Positions 23,561 to 33,587 of a stretch of 33,587 bases of DNA are shown piece after piece. Position 1 is the stretch's first letter. Each line of letters starts with the position of its first letter. The notes under the pieces are model-generated. The model ran no database searches and was not told the DNA's origin. It worked only from the letters and a program-made list of their open reading frames with translations. Source of the DNA: Vicugna vicugna (taxonomy: Eukaryota); assembly GCA_013265495.1 (NCBI GenBank), contig MU058725.1:62001-95587 (forward strand), in the 5' to 3' direction. The translations under genes were made by a program, and so were the position numbers.

Positions 23561-23954
23561 GTTTCACCCGTGAAACCTGATAAGTGCTGGGCACAAGTGA
23601 CAGTGGTGCAGGATCCACCTTTCCTGCCACATCCCCCTCTGAAAGCATCAGGATGTGAGATCTAAGCCCAAGGGACCTGACGGGGGGAGGCTTGAACATG
23701 GCTGGCCAGTGCCCTTCTGCAGGAGAATAAGGAGCAGATGGTCCTCATCTGACCCTCCCTTCCCTGCCTGCTGTCAGGGATGTGGAAGTTTGCACTAGTT
23801 TCTTCTGACGAGCAGGAAGGAAAACACAATGACAGTAACAAGTCCAGCTGGGGCACAGGCTGCCATCTTGAATTGCCAAGGCCAGAAGCCAAAATATTGA
23901 GGAGAATTCTTAAAACAGCTCTTTACAGTTGTATGTTTGACAAGGAGAAGAGGA

Positions 23955-24180
23955 TGCTACAATTTATTGAGCACCAACTCTATGCAAAACCCTTTTGAAC
24001 TGTCATTTCTTTTAAGCCTCAAAGAGACCCTGTGAAGCAGGGTTTCTTTCTGAGCCCATTCTACAAGTGAGAATCCTGGGTCTCAGAGGGCTAATTAAGG
24101 TCTTCAGGGGCCAGCAAGCAATGGACAGGGGATCTTATTCAGAGGGGTCTAACTCCAAAGTGTTGCCCTTCCTGTGCCAC
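23955..24180 (-). mobile_element. MIR SINE
   Basis: tttattgagcacc...accctgtgaagcagg...cccattctacaagtgagaa...gtctaactccaaag. Confidence 0.7.
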
Positions 24181-24884
24181 CGTGCCCCACACAGGGAACT
24201 TCCCCTCCATCATGATGGCCGGCTTTGACAAGGCTGTTACCTCACAACCAACACCTGGATATTCTTTCCATACAACTTCAGATCTTGAAGATGAAGCTCT
24301 CTGTCTCATGACAGGACCAGGGCATCCTAAAGCAAGTAGGAAGGTTAAGAAGACTGAGTTAAAGGAGTTTCAACCTCATGCTAAGGGTGTGCCCATTTCA
24401 ATTATCAGCCAGGGCAAGATGGAAAGTCATAATTAACCGACAACTACTTAGTACCAAGAACTTGCTCATAAATGACATGAGTAAAGTGTCATCACCACCT
24501 TGCCAGATTGGGTTGTATTACCCCATTACAGATGCAGAACCTCAAGGTCAATGAAGGGGAATGAAAGAGGGAGGTGGGAGTGCTATTCCCCCCTGTCCTC
24601 CCCCCCTCAGCCTGGGCCTGCCCCTTCCTTGCCCAAATCCTCTCCCACCTGCTGACTGATAGGCTAGTTCCACCTGCTCAGGTTTATCCTTTCAACATTA
24701 GGCCAGTAATTGCCATTAACATGCAAATTCTGTAGGAAAGGCTGACACTTAAACCCTTATCAGGTGTTTCCACTTTGGAGCTAGGATGGATCAATGAAAG
24801 TAAAGTATGGTTAGTTTTGATTCAAGAAGACAAGGGGGTTGGAGAAGGGAAGAGGGAGTGCCAGGCTAGAAGGTAAAAAGACCC

Positions 24885-25480
24885 AAAATGGGAACTTGGG
24901 AGTCAACATAGCTTTAGATATGACACTAAAACATAAGCAACAACAGAAAAAAGAAATCAACTTTACCAAAATTAAATGATTTTTCTGCTTCAAATGACAT
25001 TCTCAAGAAAGTAATGGACACCCCACAGAATGAGAGAATATTTTTTAGAAATCATATTTCTGAAGTCTTTCACCTAGAATACATAATTGCTAATACACAT
25101 TGCTCCAAAGAAGATATACAAATGGCCAAAAAGCATATGAAAGAATCTCAGTATCAGGGAAGCAGAATCCAAAACCACAAGGAGATGCCACTTCAGAACT
25201 AAGAGGATGACTGTCATCAAAAGACAGATGATAACAGGTGTAGGCTATAATTTAGAGATAAATTGGAACCCACATAGTCTTCTAGTGGAAATATGTAAAT
25301 GGTGCAGGCACTTTGGAGAAAGGCAGTTTCTAAAAAGGCTAACCATAGAGTTTCCTTATAACGCAGCCATGACAATCTCAGGCATATAGCTGTGAGAAAT
25401 GAAAATATAGATCTCCCCAAAACTGGTATACAGATGTTCACAGCAAAATTATTCCTAATTGAAAAAAAAATGAATACAAA
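24885..25480 (+). mobile_element. L1 ORF2 3' fragment
   Basis: ttagatatgacactaaaacataagcaacaa, cagaatgagagaatattt, ccaaagaagatatacaaatggccaa, gtaaatggtgcag, atgttcacagca. Confidence 0.85.
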
Positions 25481-25514
25481 TTATGAGGACACCAGTTCAC
25501 ACACATGTCCATAC

Positions 25515-26400
25515 TAAGTGCGCAGCCCCGCCCCCGGACCACGGGAGCCAATCGGCGCGCTCGCTGCCAGGGCCCTCTCCGAGCCCTCCTAGGCCGGGCC
25601 CCTCCCTCCGCCACATTTCCGTCAGCTCCTCAGGCAGGCGAGCGGCTGCTGGCAGTTGGTCCGAGCGTCAGGCGGTTCCGCCGCTCCGCAGCTCTCCCGA
25701 GGCGGCGGCTGCAGCGGCTGCGGCCGCGCGGTCCCTCCGGGAGGCGCAGCGTGGGCCGAGCGGCGGCCGCGAAGTATTGGGCGGCGGCGGCGGGCGCGGC
25801 CCCGAGCTGGTCCCCGTGGGGCCGCGCTCCAGCAACCTCATGGGCGAGGGATCCTCCGGCGTGATGTGGTGAGTGTCCGCGCCCCGCGTGCTCCCCGCGC
25901 CCGCCCCGCTTCCCCCCCGGTCTAGGCCGCCTCAGACGCAACGTCGGCCCCGACCCGCGACCCCGACCCCGAGCCAGGCCGGACCGCAGCCGGGCTGCCC
26001 CCGCCTTCCGTGCGCCGGGGGTCTCGTGCGGGGCCGGGCCGCTCGGGCTGGGGCGTTACTCGCGGCGCTTCCCGGGCGGCCCTCGCTGGGCGCGCGGAGT
26101 GGGGGAGGGGCTCGGGGGGCGGAGGCCGGGACCGGGGACGCCAGCACCGGGGACTCCGGGACCTCGGACGGGAACGGCCCCCAGCCCCAGGGTGCTCGCC
26201 TCGCCGCTTTCCCTTGCCGTCCCCATAGTGAAGCCGCGAATTACTTCAAATGCTTGAGGAGGCGGCCGTGGTCTGGAAAGCGGTTCGCAGGTGCGGGTGT
26301 GCACAACCCAGAAATCATCGTCCGGTTTCCGCCCCCTCGCCTGCGTTTTCCGCGAATTGCATTGGTTCAGCACCTTCCGTGGTGCCCGTGGTGGTCCCCT
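25515..26400. promoter_or_regulatory. CpG island / TATA-less promoter
   Basis: Very high GC and CpG density; GC box GCCCCGCCCC 25525-25534; CCAAT 25548-25552; ETS-like TTTCCG at ~25617. Confidence 0.92.
25610..25868 (+). other. First exon of an unidentified gene (mostly or entirely 5'UTR; start approximate)
   Basis: Lies downstream of the GC/CCAAT boxes, has GGC-rich leader sequence and a strong donor GTG|gtgagt at 25869; ATG at 25840. Confidence 0.7.
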
Positions 26401-26766
26401 GTGCAGGCTTCCTAAGTTATGTAGTGGCACCAGTGCTGGTGTGGAATGCTTCAATCCTGAAGTATTTTAAATGGTTTAGGCATGGTACTGTTCGCCTTTC
26501 AGGAAGGGTAAGTCAGCATCGCTGTCTTGATTTATTTAAGGAGTCTATTGGAGTTGGGCCTAATTTGACTTTTCCCTCCTTTTAACCTGCATGAGCTCTA
26601 ACATAAAGGTATCCTGAGGTTTTAGCACAATGACTGTGTACTTTTCCTGTTAATGCTCTAGTGGTCAGTGTGTATGCAGCCCTGATGGAGTTCTTGCACA
26701 ACCACATGCAGGCTCCCTTGTCTGGCTCCAGATCCCTCAGAAATGTTCGTGGGTTGGGGGTGACGG

Positions 26767-26802
26767 TGTTGTTGTTGTTGTTTTTTTTTTTTTGTTTTTT
26801 TT
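26767..26802. repeat. (GTT)n / poly-T simple repeat
   Basis: tgttgttgttgttgtttttttttttttgttttttt. Confidence 0.85.
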
Positions 26803-26914
26803 ACAACTAACTGTTGTGATATTTTGTGCTGATGGAGACTTGTGGAGGTGTGGACTCCCTTATACCTAAACCTTCATGTGAGTGTGTCTTTTGTGTTGAA
26901 GGAAGGAAGCAGAC

Positions 26915-27130
26915 TATTTATGAACACATCGTGTCAGGTACTGTGCTAGATACCTTGTCTCCTGTTGCCTGAACAGCTCCCTGCAGAGAGGGGAGGGCAG
27001 TGCTATCTCTCTTTCTCAAATGAGAAAGTATTTTGAGATGAAGCCAGTTCCTAAGATCACACAACTAAAGAGATTGGAGATTGTAGAGTGAGATCCTGTT
27101 TCAGTTGTCAGAGCTCTTTTCATTAGGCCC
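26915..27130 (-). mobile_element. MIR SINE
   Basis: gtgtcaggtactgtgctaga...caaatgagaaa...cctaagatcacacaactaa...cagagctcttttcattag. Confidence 0.6.
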
Positions 27131-27914
27131 TGTTTTCCTTAATTAGTGTTATTAATAATTTTGGAATTTTAGCATATTTTACTCTTACAAGCAAATTTGT
27201 TTCAGAAACATTTAAATTTGGTCGTAATTTTAGAAATATAGGGAATGTTTTACTTCATATGCTAGCTAGGTACAAAGACTAGTGAAAATTCTTTTTAAAA
27301 AATACTTGAATATTTTCATTCTCTTCGTGAACAGAGTGCTTCACAGTACACAGTTGGGAAGATTCAAATGAACTCAGCAGGTTAAGAGCCATAAGAGGAA
27401 TTAAATTAGGTCAGGCCTAAAAGAAATAAGGTCCTAGAAGGTAATGGAAAGACAGTACTGCCCACAGCATCTCTTATCTGGCATAGGTCTGATTGCTGTG
27501 CACCTGCTTGGGGCTATGTGTGTCTGGCTTCACAAACCTTCGTCCTGGGTGTTGATGTACGACTGGGAGTTTGCCCTGAGAAGTGCACTCCAGGTAGAGG
27601 AGAATGCACATGCCGAGGCCCAGAAGTCTAAACATGGCACCTCTGGTCAGGAAAACCAGGAGTTGTCTGGGAAGGGAGGGTGGAGGTGAATGTCTTTGGG
27701 GAGAAAGCTGGAGTGGAGGCAGCTGGGATAGGTGGGGTCGAGTTCTGAAGGGCTTTGTTTTCTAAGGAGTTGGGACTTGATTTGGCAGGGAAAGTCACTG
27801 AAGGATGCCCTTTTTCTGCTGGGCCCTCATAAAATTTTGTGTTTCCCTTTGTCTCTCTTTGACTTTCTACCTGCTGTTCTTGTCTCTTCTTTCTACTTAT
27901 TTAGGGGTGCTCAG

Positions 27915-28065
27915 TGGATGTGATTTTCATCCAGGCTCCAGGGGCATTTTGAAATGTGTGTGGGTTTTGTTTTGCTTGTTGTTGTTACATTGACTGGAGA
28001 TGTTATTGTCCTTCAGTGTGTATGTGGTGGAGGTGGACGTGCCAAATGACCTGCCTACAATGTGT
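27915..28065 (+). mobile_element. MER20/MER3-like hAT-Charlie fragment
   Basis: gtgattttc...caggggcattttgaaatgtgtg...gttgttacattgactgg...gtgccaaatgacctgc. Confidence 0.5.
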
Positions 28066-28989
28066 GCTCAGCACATTCAGTCCCTGCACCGGAGGAGCAT
28101 CCTGCTAAGATGCCAGTGGTGTCTCCCTCCAGCTCATCCCCAAGAAAGGCTGGGCCCTAGTCAGGTCCTGCCTCCCTCTGAGATACATCTCCTCCATGAA
28201 CTTGTCCTTATTCCTCTCAGCTCTAGCACTTCCCCCATCCCTCCCTGGGGCTTTACTGGGTGTTGGTACCACCTGTTTGAAAGGCAGGACCAGCAGTGCT
28301 ATAAGTCTTCTACAGAGGCTCCAGGCCAGATTCCTAGTTGTGCTGGTTTAACTATTAATTTGACTTTTTATAAAGAATTCTTTTGTTTGGTTTTTGGAGC
28401 TCAAAGATGTGAGGAGACTATCTTACATGAGCAACAGAAAATCTAGAGTTTCTGAACAGTTTTGAGGGCAAGTAAAATGCAAACAAAATTCATTTTGATA
28501 TTAGTAACATCTCTAATAATGTGCTCCTGGTGGTTAGCTATAATTTATATGCCTTTCTGGTGAATTTAATTTGTATGTTCTCAATTCTCAAGTATTAATA
28601 AAATATTCTTATGAAAAGCATCCCAATTGAGTTCTCCAGGAACTATGTATAGTTTATTCCTCACCTTGCTCACAGTAATGCACCTACTAAGTAAAAAACA
28701 AGTGATTCCCCAAAAAACATCTTGAGCTACCCCATCACGCCTCCAGCCTGCTCTGCCCACCCACCTACCTGACCCTAAGATGCTCTTTCTTCCTTTTTGT
28801 TTCTTTTTTTCTCTTTCACTTCTCAGGGCTCCCATACACTGGAAAGCCAACAGGATAGATATTCTCCAAAGTGTCTCTCAGATGCGCAGTCTTAGGGTAG
28901 GCTCTGGGCTCTGAACCCATCCGTGGCTGGTAGGAGCTGGGGTGGGGTGTAGGGGTGAGGTCTGCGTGGACTTCACCATGACCAGCTGG

Positions 28990-29180
28990 CTAACATTAGT
29001 TGCATGCTTGCCTTAGGTGCTGTGGTTTCAAAGTCATTTTCATCCTCATCTTTGAGGTATTATTTTTTTCACTTTACAGATAAGGAAACCAGGTCTCAGG
29101 TAACTTGTCCAGGGTTCACAGCCAGTAAATGTAGAGCAGAACTGAGATTTGTCTAGACCTCAAAACCTGTCATTATTCTT
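28990..29180 (-). mobile_element. MIR SINE
   Basis: catcctca...cactttacagataaggaaaccaggtctcaggtaacttgtccagggttcacagccagtaaatgtagagc. Confidence 0.8.
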
Positions 29181-29449
29181 TTTTCCTAAACTAGTATATA
29201 CTTTCCTCTGTTACAGCGAGTTACCTGGAAACATGCTTCCAGCCTGGGTTCCTGAATGTGTTGGCCCCAAAGTATAACATGATGATTTTCATGGCCAGCT
29301 TTGGCCTTTTGTGGAGATGGAAGAAGGAGGAACCAGAAACTTGGAAGAGGTCAGAAAGGTAGGGTCAAAGCAGCTTCATTTTTATCAGAGCGGTGTTTAT
29401 CAGTGTTGATCCTTCTCACTCCTCCTACATACCTTCACCAGTTTCTTGG

Positions 29450-29745
29450 TTTTCATTAATTTAGTAATGTTACTGAGCATGTACCTGACTTGTGTGCTAA
29501 GCAGTAGGATCAAAGTGGTTTTTACGCTTTGGTGCTTACAGTCTAACAGGAAACTAATCACATTTCCTGACTATGATGAGGTGCAGAGTGCTACCTTTTA
29601 AACCCATAAAAAGTGGAGCCAAGGTTTGAGGAGTAGTCCCGGAGGGTTTCCTGCAGGAAGTGCTGTTAAGCTGGGACCTGGAGAATGGCTTGGAGCTAGC
29701 TGAGTGAAAGATAGGGAAGGATGCTAAAGCATTTCAGGCACTACT
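29450..29745 (-). mobile_element. L2 3' end
   Basis: tactgagcat...gtgctaagca...gcttacagtctaacagg...ggagggtttcctgcaggaagtg...aagctgggacctgga...agcatttcaggca. Confidence 0.7.
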
Positions 29746-32369
29746 TGTAGCAGATGGGTTGTAGAAATTGGGGAGTTTGTGATTAAGATCCAGGGGGTAT
29801 TTCTCATGGTGTTGCACAGACAGGAAGAGCAGTTAAAGCTTCAGATATGGATGTAATCAGGAACTAAAACTAGACCAAGGTAGCTTCTCCCCTCCCTCTT
29901 TACATTAACAAAATCTTCTTGCACCCTGTGTCTCTGCACAGCTGATTTTTTGATTCTTGTCTTTTGACTTTTACCACATCCCCATGCACTTGGCAGACCC
30001 TAGCTTCCCAGAGGTATGTGCCTTCAGAGCACTCTGACTCCCGGGGAAGATAATCTGCTCCAGCTTGAGCTAGTGTCCACCACTGGTAATGGCACCTGAG
30101 GCCCAGGTGGAGTCATTTGATGAGGCTGAACCTTTTTAAGGTGTTACATTGAGATAAGGGTGTGCCTCTCAATAAGTCTGACACACGCTCCCCCTCTATG
30201 CCTGCACTAGCCCTTTCCATCCCTGCCTTGTGGTTAGCCTGACCCCCCAAGTAAGGGAGATGCAGATAGCTACTTCCACCCAAAGTTGAGCAGTCCAGTC
30301 ATATTAAGAGGTTGGAAAAAATCCAGTGTATCTCCTCTGGTTCCTGATAATTCTTTGCAAGTATTTGCTTCTAAGCAGTGACGAGTGCTGAATAAGAGGA
30401 CTGTTATGGGTAGCATCACCCCCACAACTGTACAAACAGCTCTGATCTCTCTGAGATCCCTAGAGTTACATGTGTGGAAAGAAGATGAATGTGGTTTCTT
30501 GAATCTTAGGACTCTTACAAACTGACTTCATGACATTGACAAGTACAGTGCTAATGGGTGAAGTGATGTCTCAAGTCCAGACAAAAGGATCATGTTTCCT
30601 AAAAGGGGATTATATAAATTACATTTCTCTCTCCATTGCACATCTTTCATCTTCTCATAGTAGATTCCCCTCCCACAACTGTAAAATTGTATGTCATGTA
30701 GTAAGCTGTGAGGGTGTTATCAGGAGATATGTGAACTTTTAAATGTGATCTTTGTCCCCATTTCAAAGGAATTTGATTTGGAGTGTTCTTCTATACTATA
30801 TGTAAAACCTTTGCCTTGCAAAGCAACATTTACCATTCCATGCTGGGAAGGTCCTGAGATAAAGATGCTTAGGAATCTTGGTGTTAGAGACACCACTTAG
30901 AACCACTGATATTCTAACAGCTGGAATGTTCACACATCAGAGATAAGCATGAGAACCCTATGAAGAAATTAATAGAAACTGAAGGATCCAAAATCTTACA
31001 AAATTGCTTTATTTCTGAGATTTACAGATAGCTTTTTCCACTTCTTCTTGTCTCACCCACATTATTCAGCTTTGCTTATCATTCTAAAGTGGAAATTTGT
31101 TTAAAAAGATTTTTTTCCATACATGAATGAAAAAGAAAATAAATCTAGATATGATAATTGCCCTATACTGTCAGCTTCCCCTCCTAGCCCCAAGTTGGAA
31201 AATACCTACATTAATATGGTTATTCTTATATGGATGGATGTTACTAGTTTTGATATTAATGAGCCCTCTGGATCAGAACTGGTGTGTTTTTGGTCCCCAT
31301 TGGGATTGTTGGCTTATTTTAATGGATATTCTGTGAAGAGACAGTTTGGTATTACAACAAGATCACACTCAGACTGGGGTTCAGTCTATTGACAGTGCTT
31401 TTGCCCACCCCAACCCCCATTTCCTGTTCAACACATCATCCCCTAGTTCCTCTCTGACAATATCATAGACAGTAGGATTTATCTGTCCTTAGTCCTTACA
31501 TAGCCTTCTTACTCAGGGATATAATGCTAGAAATTAAAACTGTTCTATGATCAGATCATATTAACCAGGTACATTTTAAACAACAAAAAAATTCTTATCT
31601 AGATTCTGAATATTAGTGCAGTCTAATTTTTTTTGAAAACTGGCTCAGACAGAATGGTAAATATAATATTTTGCAGAGAATAAATCCACACAATGATGTT
31701 TGATTTATTCTTCCATGTTTAGATAATCACAAATACAGTTTTACAAACTATCCCTTTATTTGCTCTAATTGCCAATTAAATCCTCAAACCACAAGGAATA
31801 CTGAAAAATTTAAAGATAAGTTGAAACTCCAAGTATAATTAAAAGTGTAAAACTAGTGATTGTTGGAGGACTGTGAAGACACCATCCAGAAAAGAAAAAC
31901 ATAGACCAAGGAAAATTTAAAACATTTCTATACTTTGTAGAGTCTCAAGTTGTTCCAGCTTCTATAATTCATCTCCTATTATTCTTTATATCCCCCACCT
32001 TCTAACTGAAAATATGACAATGAGGACAAGGTTTGGTTTGACCTGGATTGAAAACAATGTTTAGATAGACAAATGTTACAAAAATAATTTTGTTCATTTC
32101 TGGGAAGATGGGATTCAGTGAACATGCATGAAAATTTCTATGACATTTGCTTTGACTTGATTTGATCAAGATAGGTAAGGGACAATTTAGGCAGAACAGA
32201 TTTCCAGATAGCTACCATATACCCCAGTGTTTCCTGCAAATGCACTTTGGGAGTTTAGTCTTCTTTCTTGGCTTTTGATGGGAAACCAGAGGCCACCAAA
32301 AATAAGTCAGTCCTGCTGCAGCAGCCCAGCTGGGGTACCCAGGGAGAGAAGCAGCCTTCCAAGCCAGTG

Positions 32370-32383
32370 GTTGCCATGGCAAC
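32370..32383. promoter_or_regulatory. RFX X-box (perfect palindrome)
   Basis: GTTGCCATGGCAAC, an exact match to the RFX consensus. Confidence 0.7.
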
Positions 32384-33587
32384 AGCTTTTCCACCATGGA
32401 GCTCTTATCTCTCCCTTCTTGTTCTGCTCTAGAAGTAATCAGGGGATCCACTTTACAGATTCTTTTATAGAGAGGCAGGCCAGGTTAGAGATATCACGCA
32501 AACTACCTAGTGTTCCTTTTTTCCCCTGAAGAGGAAGAAGCGTATGTTTCCCTTTTCCAAAGAGCTTGGAGGCAGGAACAACCAAAATATTCTTCAGACA
32601 AATATATCCTATGAAAAAAATTAAAATGTTGGTAGAGGCTTGAAGAATAGTTAAGAGGAAGGTGGCTTTCCCCCTCCCCATCTCCTTCCTTGGAAACCAT
32701 CATTTCCAAAAGCCTGATGAAAGTCTAAATATAATCCAGCTTTTTTTCTTGACAGAAATGTTCTCTTACCCTTTATGCTCTGGCTTCAATGTACATGTCA
32801 CATATAGAAAGTTGTAGTCTGGACTTCTACTTGGAATCATTAGCAACATGCAAATTGGGATTTTAGGAACCCATGGGAAATTGTCATATAATTTCTTTAA
32901 AAAACCCTGGCTGACTTTCAAATCTTGAAATTTTCTTCTATCCTGGAAACACTGGAAATCTGGGCCCATATTACCAGAAACAATGGAAATATAAACATAA
33001 GGATTATGCCAATAACCCTTATTCTCAACAGTGAGCAATAGCTGTCCTTTGAGCACCAGCCCTGCCTTTACTTCCTAACTCTGGTCCTTTCAGCTCCTAA
33101 TGAGGTTTGAGAGCCTGTGCTCTCTGCTCACTGGGTACATCCTGCGCAGTGACCACAGTCTTGTAGGAAAACTATCACAGGGGCCTCAGGACTATATGTT
33201 TGGAGTTTTTCATCATTGATGCAGTGAAACAAGGATACTTAGAAACAGAAAGGTGAGGATATAATGGCAGATGGAATGCAATTGAAGGTGTCTTGGAGCA
33301 GATGTGACCAAGAAAATGATGTACATCCACAGAAGACTTGTCTCAGCATCTCCCAGGGCTGGACTCAGAAGAAGCTGCCTGCTCCCATTAGCTGGTGTTG
33401 TTGGAGGACAACACTGTTGTATATTAGCTGTTACCAACTGAGGGAGGCAGAGGCAGAGGCAGAACTTCCATCAGAATCTTAATTAGTCCTAGAACCTTGA
33501 TTAGTTCCAGAATCAAGCTTTCACCCAGAATTTGGGGCGGTGAAGTGTGGCCATTATATTCCATTTGCTCCTCTTCTAGGTTTCAGG

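Noticed and set aside
25610..25868. Assigning a gene symbol to the CpG-island gene from ZNF37A neighbourhood
   Set aside because: I do not recognise the sequence, the ZNF fragment may be transposed, and a gap intervenes
26233..26250. CDE/CHR cell-cycle element (gccgcgaattacttcaaa)
   Set aside because: The GC element lies on the wrong side of TTTGAA for a canonical CDE/CHR
25483..26454. Several 70-180 aa Ala/Arg/Gly/Pro-rich ORFs on both strands
   Set aside because: Expected stop-codon scarcity in a CpG island; no recognisable domain

Overview
Mammalian genomic DNA, most likely camelid (a tRNA-derived SINE at 2072-2188 resembles the camelid Vic-1 family; this is recalled, not searched). I can support no intact protein-coding CDS. 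(1) 1-14 kb is repeat-dense (MIR, L2, MLT1, two internally deleted Tigger1, several L1 fragments, MER63/MER5 and an ERV solo LTR at 10721-11360). It contains a decayed C2H2 zinc-finger array at ~4175-5060 resembling the 3' end of ZNF37A, with no KRAB exons. (2) An unprocessed six-exon RALGDS-like duplicate lies at 16020-19693. It has a novel first exon, RALGDS-like exons 2-6 (REM/RasGEF_N region plus Pro-Glu linker) and no CDC25 catalytic exons, and is disabled by two in-frame stops and a dead acceptor. It is followed by a 140-N assembly gap. (3) A CpG-island promoter and first exon of an unidentified + strand gene lie at ~25515-26400; the rest of the window is apparently its intron 1, which holds a perfect palindromic RFX X-box. 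Repeat and gene names come from recalled consensus sequences and need RepeatMasker/BLAST confirmation. The most interesting object is the frame-preserving, REM-only RALGDS-like unit.
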